Part shown: positions 46,560 to 58,593 of the stretch, in pieces | How positions within the stretch are numbered: the first letter of the stretch is position 1 | Layout of the letters: each line of letters starts with the position of its first letter | Source: Eledone cirrhosa | Taxonomy: Eukaryota | Length of the DNA: 64,000 nt | Assembly: GCA_964016885.1 (NCBI GenBank) | Contig: OZ024742.1 | Span: 343,232,001-343,296,000, forward strand | Direction of reading: 5' to 3' | The notes under the pieces: generated by a model | What the model was told of the DNA's origin: nothing | Databases searched by the model: none | The model's input: the letters and a program-made list of their open reading frames with translations, nothing else | Made by a program: the position numbers and the translations under genes

Positions 46560-47860
46560 CCAATATAATTTTGTATAAGAACCACTGTGTACAGTGCTCA
46601 CATGCACTACAACTCATCAAAGGTTCATGTATAATAGAATAATGTTCAAATGCCAGGAAAGTTAACAGTGTATGAGTCATGACACACACACATGCCTATG
46701 TGTGTATGGAGGGGGAATATCAGGTATAGTGTTGGCGAATTTTGGGAAGCATGGAAGTTTTAAAGGATGCAGTGTCCTGACAGCTAACAACTGATGCAGG
46801 TAGTTTGTTCCATGGAAGTTTTTAAGGATGCAGTGTCCTGACAGCTAACACCTGATGCAGGTAGTTTGTTCCATGGAAGTTTTAAAGGATGCAGTGTCCT
46901 GACAGCTAACAACAGATGCAGGTAGTTTGTTCCATGGAAGTTTTTAAGGATGCAGTGTCCTGACAGCTAACAACTGATGCAGGTAGTTTGTTCCATGGAA
47001 GTTTTTAAGGATGCAGTGTCCTGACAGCTAACACCTGATGCAGGTAGTTTGTTCCATGGAAGTTTTAAAGGATGCAGTGTCCTGACAGCTAACAACAGAT
47101 GCAGGTAGTTTGTTCCATGGAAGTTTTTAAGGATGCAGTGTCCTGACAGCTAACACCTGATGCAGGTAGTTTGTTCCATGGAAGTTTTAAAGGATGCAGT
47201 GTCCTGACAGCTAACAACAGATGCAGGTAGTTTGTTCCATGGAAGTTTTTAAGGATGCAGTGTCCTGACAGCTAACACCTGATGCAGGTAGTTTGTTCCA
47301 TGGAAGTTTTAAAGGATGCAGTGTCCTGACAGCTAACAACTGATGCAGGTGGTTTGTTCCATGGAAGTTTTTAAGGATGCAGTGTCCTGACAGCTAACAA
47401 CTGATGCAGGTAGTTTGTTCCATGGAAGTTTTTAAGGATGCAGTGTCCTGACAGCTAACAACTGATGCAGGTAGTTTGTTCCATGGAAGTTTTTAAGGAT
47501 GCAGTGTCCTGACAGCTATCACCTGATGCAGGTAGTTTGTTCCATGGAAGCTTTTAAGGATGCAGTGTCCTGACAGCTAACAACTGATGCAGGTAGTTTG
47601 TTCCATGGAAGTTTTTAAGGATGCAGTGTCCTGACAGCTATCAACTGATGCAGGTAGTTTGTTCCATGGAAGCTTTTAAGGATGCAGTGTCCTGACAGCT
47701 AACAACTGATGCAGGTAGTTTGTTCCATGCTTCAGCAACTATAAGCATGAAAAAATGTTTCTGAAAGTCATGGGAGCTGTACTGTTTTCTGATTTTGTAG
47801 GCATGTCCATGGGTGTTAGACATGGAATTCATAAAAGTGCTCAGGGTTGTTGTTGGAAAG
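46560..47860 (-). mobile_element. 3' fragment of a CR1-like LINE containing the 61-bp satellite
   Basis: Minus: SNTHGHAYKIRKQYSSHDFQKHFF..AEAWNKLPASVVSC before the array; TSMLPKIRQHYT* and 3' UTR after it. Confidence 0.82.
46750..47725. repeat. 61-bp tandem repeat, 16 copies
   Basis: CATGGAAGTTTT(A/T)AAGGATGCAGTGTCCTGACAGCTAACAACTGATGCAGGTAGTTTGTTC starts at 46750, 46811 ... 47665. Confidence 0.97.
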
Positions 47861-48219
47861 ATATCATCATCATCTGTTTAACGTCCTTTTTTCAACACTA
47901 GCATTGGTTGCACATGTCCTGTTGTGAGACAAGCCAGATCATATGACCAAATCAATAATTTTAGCAAATCCTTCAAAATTCTTCATTAATTAATTAAAAT
48001 GGAGTGTATTTCATTAAGAATACAATCATGAAAGGATTAAGAAAGTTACATGGAAACAAAGTTGTGGTGAGGTTGATACTAAACTGTAGTTATGCTGGTT
48101 TATATATTTGTTCTTTTCTTTTCTAACTAAATCTTGTTTTATTTCTACTAAATTCTTGTTCTACTCAGTGTTGTTATTGTCTCTTTCTGTCTTTTAATCT
48201 ACTGGAATGATTTAACCAG

Positions 48220-48246
48220 AAAATTTGCCTGAGGACTTTTGGTTTG
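48220..48246 (+). CDS. Candidate 27-nt micro-exon (phase 1-1): (E)NLPEDFWF
   Basis: Acceptor tttaaccAG, consensus donor TTG|GTAAGT; needs a phase-1 upstream partner that I could not identify. Confidence 0.3.
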
Positions 48247-48431
48247 GTAAGTTCTTTGCATTGGATATTAGAAAATAAGTTATTGTATTTGAACATGTAC
48301 TTAAATAAGTAATAAATACTTAAATAATAATACATGATGTGTACACAGCTGACATACATATACATACACACATACATCCACATACACACATGTAGATCAA
48401 ACCTATACATAAATGAATACTTTATAATACA

Positions 48432-49199
48432 CTAGCAGAATGGCCCGGCGTTGCTTGGGATTCTAAACATAGATTGGCATGTTTATCCCTCCTTTCTGAA
48501 ACAGTACAGAGAAGTGCGGAATGCCTCGGGATGGTGTCTCCATTTTGTGCTTTCGTGAAATAAATACGTTTGTTTATATTTTGTTTTTGTGTATGCAAAA
48601 ATATCTGTACACGAATATATAATTATATATATATATTAAAATAACAGATTAAAGTTTAAGCAAAGAATCGCTGCTTTCACCCTTAACAGGATCTTCTGAA
48701 ACTAAAAAATCAATCTGTGAATGCAGAAGTAAATATTTCGAAAAACGTTGCAACCGAAGGAAAACAGGAAGACTATACTTTGGTTTGTGAAGACGTTCCC
48801 TGACAATGAATGGAAAATAGTGAAGATAATACGTCAGCAATGAGAACAATATATATATATATATATACACACACTATATATACATATATACACACACACA
48901 GATAGTGAAGTCAATGTTTTCATAATATCGTAATGCAGACAGCCAGACATACAGACAGATATTATAAGGGTGCGACGTTATAGCTATGTATCTATCTAAA
49001 AAGACAGACTAAGAAAGAGAGAGAGATCGCTAACCGGCGCCTAATGCGGTCTCTAGGGCATTGAAAATTTGAAATATTTGTTGCTCAAAACACTCAGGCG
49101 ACCATAAATATTACATGTGTAAAGTTTGAAAAACATTGGTTGGGTGGTTCTCGAGTTTTAGGGGAGAAAGAGAGACATTCCCTGTTTTAGATATATAGA
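48432..49199 (-). mobile_element. Non-autonomous Helitron
   Basis: Minus strand reads A|TCTATATATC ... CCCAAGCAACGCCGGG CCATTCTG CTAG|T: 5' TC, subterminal GC-rich imperfect hairpin, 3' CTAG, A/T target, no TSD. Confidence 0.72.
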
Positions 49200-51806
49200 T
49201 GATGCATATATATATATATATATATATATAAACACACACACAGATCATCATCATCATTGCCATACATCTGTGCTGGTGTGGGTTTGATGGATCATTACAG
49301 GCCAAGTCAATAGCTAATCAAAGCTGTTGCCCTCCGAGTCAGGTCAGAAGACCATATCTTATTCAATTCATTCCAGTTTTGGTATGGTTTCTACAATTGG
49401 ATGCCCTTCTTATTACCAACCACTTTACAGAGTGTACTGGGTACATTCTGTTGTGCCATCAGCACTAGAGAACTTGTCATGTCCTTGTCTTTATTGTAAA
49501 ATTGATTCATAAAGGTCCATATTATAAGGTTCTTTACTCTCTTGGCCAAAACCAGCTCTGGTTCTATGAAACAAAACCCCCCATTTTAAAGAAATCCTAT
49601 TTCAATTAAAATGTTCCCACCAAATTTTACATAAGAACAATGTATTAAGTTACTATCTTAGTAATAGAGTAATTAATAACTTTTGTAAATCCCCCACAAA
49701 AAACTTAATTAATTAATTGAAAATACAGTATATGTGTGTGTAATTCATATATGATGGCTGCCCCCTCGTTATCGAGTGCGGCCATTGCACGATATACCAT
49801 TATTAATTAATTCTATCGTGCAATGCCTGTGCGTGAAGATATTTTTTAAAGTGAGGAAAGACTGTGCACTGAGCCAATCCCACTCTCTGAGCGACAGTAG
49901 CTATAACCCGAAAAGAAGAAAAGATCAACATCATCGGTAACTACTGAGCCGCAGGTTTTATATCAGAGTTATCCCAGTTTCCTGAGTTGCCTTCTCCTAG
50001 AAGAATGCTCTGACAAAGGCTAGGGGTCCTTCACTCCCAGTGGTTAAACCGCACGGTACATGTGTATATACATATTTGCACTCTTTCGGATGGCCGTTGA
50101 CTCTTATGAGTTCTTCCGCTCTTTGTCAGGTTTTGTTTTTTGTCCTGCAGGGTGTCCAAAATCACCCTCCTCACCAAGTAAACTTGGTGGGGTTGCCGGT
50201 TTAGTCGCCGACGACCCGACCATACAACAGGTTGTACTGGATTACATGTTACCAGTAGCACTCAAGAGTGACCCGACATGCATAGATACATACATACATA
50301 CACACACATAAAACGTCTGTGCATAGATACATACATATACTATTGCTACATAGTTATGCAAGCCTTTCTGATGCAAGTTTATGGTGTACTCATGCATTAA
50401 TGTCTATATTATTTTATTTTCGTGCTTGTAACATTTGTAATTACTTTATTTCTGTTTTTATTTCCTTATTTCCACCATTATTATTTCCTTGTTGGCGGTG
50501 GATTGGCAGTATTGGTAGAGGGTAGGACGCCATGCATTGACGCAGAGTTATGGCCCTTGTCATTCTGAGTTCAAATCCTGCAGAAGTTAACTTTACCTTT
50601 CATCCTTACGGGCTCGATAAAATAAAGTACCACTAATGTACTGGGTAATTGCTGGCCTTGAGCCAAAAGTAGAAACAATTATTATTTCCTTGTTCTGATA
50701 TAAGGGATGGAGCATCAGACAGAATGCTTTGTGGCATTTACTTAAATCTCTTTAAGTTCTGAGTTCAAATTCTGCCAAGGTCAACTTTACCTGTCATCCC
50801 TTAATGAAATAAAGTACTAGCAAAATTAAGTTAAAGTTAATTCAAAACCCATCTTGAGCCTCCTGAGGCTCATCAGGTTGATGTTTATCCCGATTTCTGT
50901 GTCGTGAAATGATTGAGAATACAACACTTCCCCCTGGACAGGATGCCAGTCCATCACAGGGTTAACCCCTCAGCTATTGCTGGTACTCATTTTCAGCTGA
51001 GCATACTGGAGCAATGTGAAATGAAGTTTTTTGTTCAAAAACACAACACACAACCCAGTCTAGGAATCAAAGCCACAACATTATGATTGTAAGTCCAACA
51101 CCCTTACCACTAGGCCATGCACCTCCACTAGCAAAGTACTGGGTCAATTTTAACACCCACTCCCATCCACAACAAATTTGACTGGCCTTGTGCCTATGCT
51201 AGAAACAATTATTATGTGGTTCTGATATAAAAGGATAGTTTGTATTTCCTCATAGCTGTATGTTTTGTGTTTATGTGTGTAGCAGCAAACTTTACACACA
51301 CAGAAACACACTCACGCAACACAAATAATTTACATAATGGACTCATAACTTCTAGTTGAATCATAGGGGCGCTGTAGTTCCATACTCTGCTTCTTGGGCA
51401 TTATAAACCTGCTGGAAGCCAGCTCCTCTCCAGATGTTTGAACACATCTGATTTCTTCCAGAGGGGAAGTGAGAAATATATATAGAGGAAGAATCAACCC
51501 AATTTGGACTGGTGCTTTTTTTTTATTGACCTCAAAGTTGAGCACAGTGAGATTTGATCTCAATGCACAGAGAGCCTGAATAAAAACTGAAAAGCATTCT
51601 TCCCAATCTTCCAAAGTCTTGGCCAATTTACCACCTACATATTTTACATACCTCATACAGAATATTCTGGAATGTATTTTTTTGTGTTGGCAATTATTCC
51701 TTTCCCCCACCTGAATTTTATGGTTGGGTGCCAATATTTTAGAAACCATTTTTGTTGTTATCATTGCTGGTTTACACAGTAAATATGAGGATTAGTTGTT
51801 CTTCTA

Positions 51807-52021
51807 CCGGGGTGCTGAAAAGTTCTTGGCTTTGGGTAAGTGAAAATGCAGGAGGATCAGGTAAAAGAAAATAGAGAAAAATCAGTTAAAAGTAAATACA
51901 GGAGGATCAATTATGATTTTCAACATATTCCCCTCTCAGATTTACACACTTATTGCAGCAGTCCTACATCCCCTGTAAAGGTAACATCCCTACCCTTAAA
52001 CCAGGAACTTTTCAGCACCCA
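51807..52021 (-). mobile_element. Second mariner-derived MITE of the same family as 24951-25148
   Basis: TIRs GGGGTGCTGAAAAGTTCTTGG / CCAGGAACTTTTCAGCACCC; reverse complement of the NKCVNL.G.YVE coding end. Confidence 0.75.
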
Positions 52022-53084
52022 GCTACTGCTTATCAAGTCTCAACAAGGCCCTTAGATTGACGGTTTTTTTCTGAGTATATGTAAAGTACCTAACAGGCAG
52101 TCTTTTTTTAGGAGAGCAATATGTGTATTAACATTTATTTGCTCAAGATACCTTCTCAGTTTCAGTGGTATCAAGTCCAAAACTCCACTAACAACTGGGC
52201 AGTCTTTTGTAGGAGAACAATTTGTGACTCAAGGTCTATTTTCCCAAGATATACCCTTCACAGTTTTAGTGGTGTCAAAGCCCAAGTTTCTATGATAACT
52301 AAAATTATCTTGTTATCAGTCTTTATGTCAGTATATTCTATTTACTATTCACCCCACCAAAAATAACTGCTGGCCCTGTGCCTAAACTATAGACTATTAT
52401 TATCATTGCTCTGTCTCGCAGTGCAGATGAATAATGCACCAGGGTATTTAGTTATCTGTCAAGTTGCAACAAGGACCTCAGACAGATAATACTTTCCTCA
52501 AAATGTCCACAGTACCTAACAAAGCCACCTTTTGTGTAACACCCAACCTGTATAGCATTACCATTTGCTTTAAGAAATCTTGAATTTTCAATGGGCTTGA
52601 CCCTAATACCTCCAAAATCACAACTGGTATCACTTTCACATTACCCTCTTGCATTCCAAATAGTCTTTACAGTCTGAGTTCAAATCCCACCGAGATTAAC
52701 TTTGCCTTTCATCCTTACGGGGTCGATAAAATAAAGTACCAGTAATGCACTGGGGTTGATTTAATTGACTTTCCTTTCCACTCCAAATTGCTGGCCTTGT
52801 GTCTATAGTAGAAACAATTATTATGACAATGCAGTGGCAGATTTGGTAGACTGTAGTATTGTACTCAGTTATATTCTAAGTTCAAATCCTGTCACAGTCA
52901 ACTTCATTCTTCCAGGGTTGATAAAATGAAGTACCAGTCAAATACGATTTAGTTGACTGCTCACCCCACTATTTCGGGTCATGGGCTTATGTTAGAAATT
53001 ATGGACAAATCAGCAGTTGATTGGTAGAATCACTAGAGCATCAGGCAAAATAATTTGCAACATTTAGTTATGGCACTTTAGGTT

Positions 53085-55751
53085 CATCATCATCATCGTC
53101 ATCATCACCGTTTTACATCCATTCTTCCATGCTAACATGGGTTAGACGGGTTGTCCTGTTGTGGGCAGTGTCTGGTCGGCTAACCATGCCTTGCTCATAC
53201 AGGAACTGATTTTGGCTTGATTTTTACAGCTGGATGCCCTTCCTAACACCAGCCTCATCTACAGTGAGTGCCGGGTGCTTTTTCCGAGGCGCCTACACGT
53301 CCACTTTAAAGTGTGGGCTGGGTGCTTTTTTGCCATGGCGCCTACACGACCACCTTGCAGTGGGAGGGTGTGGGGGCATATTGTCTATATGCTTCAGCTT
53401 GTACCCATGGGAGGTCGGGTACCCTGTATTACTGCGTGACGCCAGAGGTCACGGTCGCTTCTCTCCAATGACATCACAATTCTCTCTGACACACTGCCTC
53501 GCAATCTTGAACACCTCCTGTTTCTGGTCCTCACGTTGCAAAACATGCTTGAATTTTCTATCCTCTGCTTCCCTCCTAGCTAAGTATACTTGTCGCCTAG
53601 CTTCCCTCTTTGTCTCTATGTAATGTACCCTGCTTCCCCCATTCTTCCATTCTTTCCATGCCTGTCTCTTGGCCTTAACTGCCTCATCTACCTTATTGTT
53701 CCACCACCAAGTCACTCTCCTCCTGCTTGTGGTCTTACTCCAGCCACAGACTTCATCCGTCGCCTCTAGTAAGTTATTTTTTAGGAACTCCTAGTGCTCT
53801 TCTACATTGAATGTCTGTATCTGTTCTTCTTTACTGTCGTAGGCGTTGAGTAAAATATCTTTAAATCTGTTACTGGCTGAGGGGTCTTTCAGCTTCCAGA
53901 TCTTTCTTCTCCAGGTTGGCCTCTGTTTTCAGGTTCGTCTAGTTCTGACCGTGAGGTCGCTGACAACTAAGCTATGTTGGGATGTACATTCCTCACTAGG
54001 GTATGCTTTTGTGTTTACGACCATCCATCTGTCACGTCCTCTGATGAGGATAAAATCTATCTGACTAGAATGCTCCCCTGAACTATAGGTGATCAGGTGG
54101 TTGTCGGGTTTTTTGAAGTTTGTGTTACATATCGACATGTCATTGGCGTCGCAGAATTCTAGAAGTCTGAATCCTTCCTCATTTCTTGTGCCAACCCCAT
54201 GGCCTCTATGGACTCTATTGAAGCCGTCACAGTGTTTACCTACGTGTCCGTTAAAATCTCCTGCGATGATTAGGAAGTCATTGTCGTTTGTTAGAGCAGT
54301 AGTGTGCATTAGGGACTCGTAAAATCTATCCTTAAGTTTGTCTGGCAACCCCGATTGGGGTGCGTAAGCTGATATTATTGTGGTAATTGTTTTATTCAGG
54401 ACTAGTCTGAGTTTAATGATTCTTGCATTTACCCTGTATACTGAGATTACTTTATCTACCCACTTGTCAGCTAGTAGTCTCCCTACACCACCCATCCCAT
54501 CGTCATTTCCCACCCAGAAAAATTTGTAGCACTGACTTTTTCCTACAAGGACTCTAGCAGACTCTCCTCTCCATCTAGTCTCTTGCACACAGCATACATC
54601 AATTTCCTTTCGCTCTAGTATTTCTACGATTTCTCCTGCTCTTCCTTTCATTGTGCTTACATTGATGGTACCAACTTTGAGTTTTGGTCATTTGTCGACG
54701 CTCGTAGGGGAGGGTCGATTTTTGCAGGGGTGCGTGTGTGCTTCCTCTCTCTGGATTGGGGCTTCACATGGGTGCTTGGTAGCTCGCGGATTCATATTCA
54801 TTTCATCTATTAATTCAGAGATGCTCCTATTTATTCTCAGCTCATCCATACATAATGGTAGGAAAATTTCAGGGCTAGAAGAACAGTGGTGGTGGTAATA
54901 ATGGCAGAGTGTGTTGGGCTGGTACAGGGGAGGAGAGAGTTAGGTAGTAGTAGTAGTAGTAGAAGAAATGACATGCTGAGGTTTGATTGGTCGAATAGGC
55001 TATGGTGGGTGGGAGGGAAATTGTGAGGTAGGCAGCCAGTCATGGCTATCAAAATAACCGATAGAATACAGCATGGCAAAATGACCGATAGAAATGAATA
55101 CAGCTACAATAATAATAATTGTTTCTACGTTAGGCACAAGGCCAGCAATTACCCAGTGCATTACTGGTACTTTATTTTATCGACCCCGTAAGGATGAAAG
55201 GCAAAGTCAACCTCGGCGGGATTTGAACTCAGATCGTAAAGCGACGTAACTATGCTGGAAAGCATGGCATCCGACCCTCTATTGATACTACCAATCCACC
55301 GCCCTCAGCTACAATAATAACAATAATAATAGCCAGTCATGGCCTGTAGCCTTTGATGGGAAAATAGACAGATAGAGAGGCAGCATGGTAAGAGAAAATG
55401 AGGGTAACAGAATAAATGTGTTGTGGTAGCTAGCAAAGTGATAAATACAGCAATAGTTGCGAGCAGAAAATTTGCAATTGGGGAAATAGGGATACCTAAG
55501 ATTTGTATGGATGGATGGCTGGAACGTAGCTAAACAGCTCTTAGTGATTCATTTTAGCCTTTCAGAGTAGAGTGTGTCTTATCTCTTCAATAACTTCAAG
55601 ATGAGGGAGGTAATAGGTGGCTTAAGAGAGGGTAGCCATCATAGAGAGAGGCTCGCCGTCATGGCTATCAAAATAAACAATAGAAATTGATACAGCTACA
55701 ATAATAATAATAGCCAGTCATGGCCTGTAGTCTTTGATGGAAAAATAGACA
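53085..55751 (-). mobile_element. RTE-B deletion derivative (B2): 5' region + APE + 3' end, RT missing
   Basis: Colinear with B1 except for a junction at 53457/53458 equivalent to loss of B1 12029-13779; ORFs 53929-54651 and 53449-53715; (GAT)n tail at 53085. Confidence 0.92.
55116..55305 (-). mobile_element. SINE inserted in the B2 5' region with a 15-bp TSD
   Basis: CAGCTACAATAATAA at 55101-55115 and 55306-55320 flanks a complete copy of the (TTA)n-tailed SINE. Confidence 0.9.
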
Positions 55752-56339
55752 ACTTTTATCTTTCACTCTTCCAGAGTTGATAAAATAAAATACTAGCCAA
55801 GTACTGGAGTTAATATGCTCAACTGTATCCCCTGCCCCAAACTGTTGGCTTTGCACCTCAGTTAGAAACTGTTAGGGCAGTAGATTACTAAAATCGTTAG
55901 ACAAAATCTTTGCAGTGTTTATTTGATAAAATAAAGTACCAGCCCAGTACTGGGGTTGATATTTTCAATTTTCCCTATTGCACCAAACTGTTGGCTTTGT
56001 TCCTAAGTTAGAAACCATTAGGGCAGTGGATTAGCAGAAGCATTAGAGCATCAGACAAAATACTTTGCAGTGTTTATTCTGACTCTTTACATTCTTAGTT
56101 TAAATTATATTGAGGTCGACTTACCCACAGTAAAATGCATCCAGTACATTCTGTAAAGTGGTTAACAATTGGAAGAGCATCTAGCTCTAGAAACCATGCC
56201 GAAATATGGAAATGTATAAAGGTTGTGTATTTTTACAACCATGTCTTGTCTTAGACCGGAGTAACCCATCCAACCCATGCCAACATGAAAAACAGACATA
56301 AAATAGATTAATGATGATGAATATTATATTTAATTCACC

Positions 56340-56800
56340 AGCATTCAGTAGTCAAAAGCAAGGTAGGTGTAAAAGCCAAACTCGCTATCTTCAATTCGGT
56401 ATTTGTGCCAACCATTAACTATGGTCATGAATCTTGGGTAATGACCGAAAGAATACAATCATGAAATGGGTCTTTGGAGTAACGTTGCTTGAAAGTTGCA
56501 TACCTCGGAGATCAGAGAGTCTCTCCGAATTGAGAGATCACAGCTCCGATACTATGGGCATGTGGTTAGAATGTCTCAGGAAATAACCGCTGGACAGATT
56601 TTATGAGCAAAACCAACTGGGAGGCGACCGAGAAGTAGACCCCAAGCGAGATGGCTGGATAACATCCATGGGCTTAGCTGGTCTTGTTTGGGAATCCAGC
56701 CAGATCAGTTGGAGACGGTTGCTTCTGACAGGACCTGTTGGAAGGAGTTGTTTGAGGACGCTGGCCCCATCACCTCAGGAATAAGTAGACAAAGAAGAAG
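56340..56800 (+). mobile_element. Decayed 3' fragment of RTE-C
   Basis: VKAKLAIFNSVFVPTL..IERSQLRYYGHVVRM..KPTGRRPRSRPQARWLDNI; ends AAGAAGAAG. Confidence 0.75.
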
Positions 56801-58593
56801 ACATACCAGCCCTACAAATTCTTAGATATCTTTTCTTCCTGTCCTTTCATTTTTCTTTAGCCTCCATATTAAAATTATTTTGTTTTATAACCACCTCACT
56901 CCATTTTATGTTTTTTTCTTCAGGCTTTGTTTTGATTTGCCATTTGTTGTTGTTGCTGTTTTTTTTATTATTTTTCATTAAAAAATATTTTAAAAATTTA
57001 TTTTGTTTCTCAGCCAGATTGACAACTATAATTGTAGAACTCAATATTGGTGCTGTTGGCTTCACTTAGCAAAACCTTGTTTTATTTACAGTGGAATCTG
57101 CTTATTGCAATCATGGACAATGTTATCAAGTAGTTACATTCAGGATTATTGTTATCAAAATTAGTAGGTTACAACCATACTTAGGATATTGTTAGATCTT
57201 CCGCTTAATGTAAACAGCTGGTTATTGTTATCAAAATTATTGATCCAAAAACATACTAAGGATATTGTTTTAACCTCTGTTTAATGTTATCAAACACTTA
57301 TTGTTATTTGAAAGGCTGTCTCAAAGTGATTACAATAAGCAACTTCCATTGAATGTTTTTAAATGAAATATTCATTATTATTTTTATTATTATTTTGCAT
57401 GACCACAGCTCAGGTTTGTTAGGTTTAATCCTCTACACCTGACATTGGAACATTTTTGTTTAATTTCTTTTTTGTTTTTTGTTTAGCATATATTGTTTGC
57501 GGCTGTCCCTAAAGTTCCACATTTCACAGCTTTCAAATGAATGTCTTTGATAGCGTGTCGTCATTGCTCTTTATATTATCATTATTTTAGGGCGGTGAAT
57601 TGGCAGTATCGGTAGAGTATTCGGACGCCATGCTTTCCAGCACAGAGTTACGGCCCTTTACGGACTGAGTTAAGGTTAACTTTGCCTTTCAACCTTACAG
57701 GGTCAATAAAATAAAGTACCAGTAATGCACTGGGGTCGATTTAATCGGCTTCCCCCCCCCCAAAAAAAAAATTGATGGCCTTGTGCCTAAATCAGAAACC
57801 ATTATTGTTCCCTAAGTCACCCCTGGTTGGTCCTTCCCCCTATTTTGGGAATTTTCATTGTTGTAATTCTTTGGTTCATTGTTATTTGTTTGTTAATTTC
57901 TTTCTACTCGTTTTCAGTGTACCCCCTCCCACTATCCCTGCCTACTGTATTGTCTGTCCCCTCTTTTTGTTAGCCCTTGTGGATTGCCAGAATCGGTAGA
58001 GCGTCAGACACCATGCTTTGCAGCATAGAGTTACAGCCCTTTACGTTCTGAGTTCAAATCCCACTGAGGTTAGCTTTGCTTTTCATCCTTACAGGATCGA
58101 TAAAATAAAGTACCAGTAACGTACTGGGGTCGATTTAATCAACTTTCCTCTCCCCCAACATCAGAAACCATTATTATTATTATTCAGGGCAAGTGCTCGC
58201 TCTCAGTTCTCTACCTCCAATATACAGGTGCATACTTAGAGCAGGCCTGTCAGCTAGGGTGATGTTGTGACCCTTGGAAGTCCTCCCCCCTCTTTTGAGG
58301 GAATTTACTTTGTTTTAATTTGTTTTTATATTTCGTTATATGAATTTTTTTACACACTAAAACCCCCAATTTTCCATCCTGTTCCGTCTGTACAATCTTT
58401 AATATTTTTCTTCATGTCAGCCCTGCATGGCTAATAAAGAAATCATTATTATTAACATCCTTACGGGGTCGATAAAATAATGTACCAGTCATGCACTGGG
58501 GGTCGATTTAATAGACTTACCCCTCCCCCAAAATTGTTGGGCTTGTGCCTATATAAGAAACAATTATTATTATTAACATTATCATCATTATTA

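Noticed and set aside
49755-50280. GC-richer segments possibly holding an HDV-like ribozyme of an RTE 5' end
   Set aside because: They look like repeat fragments, but I could not build the nested double pseudoknot by eye; left unclassified.
53450-53465. B2 internal deletion as a spliced-out intron
   Set aside because: A GT is near the 5' breakpoint on the element strand, but there is no AG at the 3' breakpoint.
57014-57170. Open Cys-rich frame after tttgtttctcAG (phase 2)
   Set aside because: No convincing phase-1 donor and the composition is unlike the other exons.
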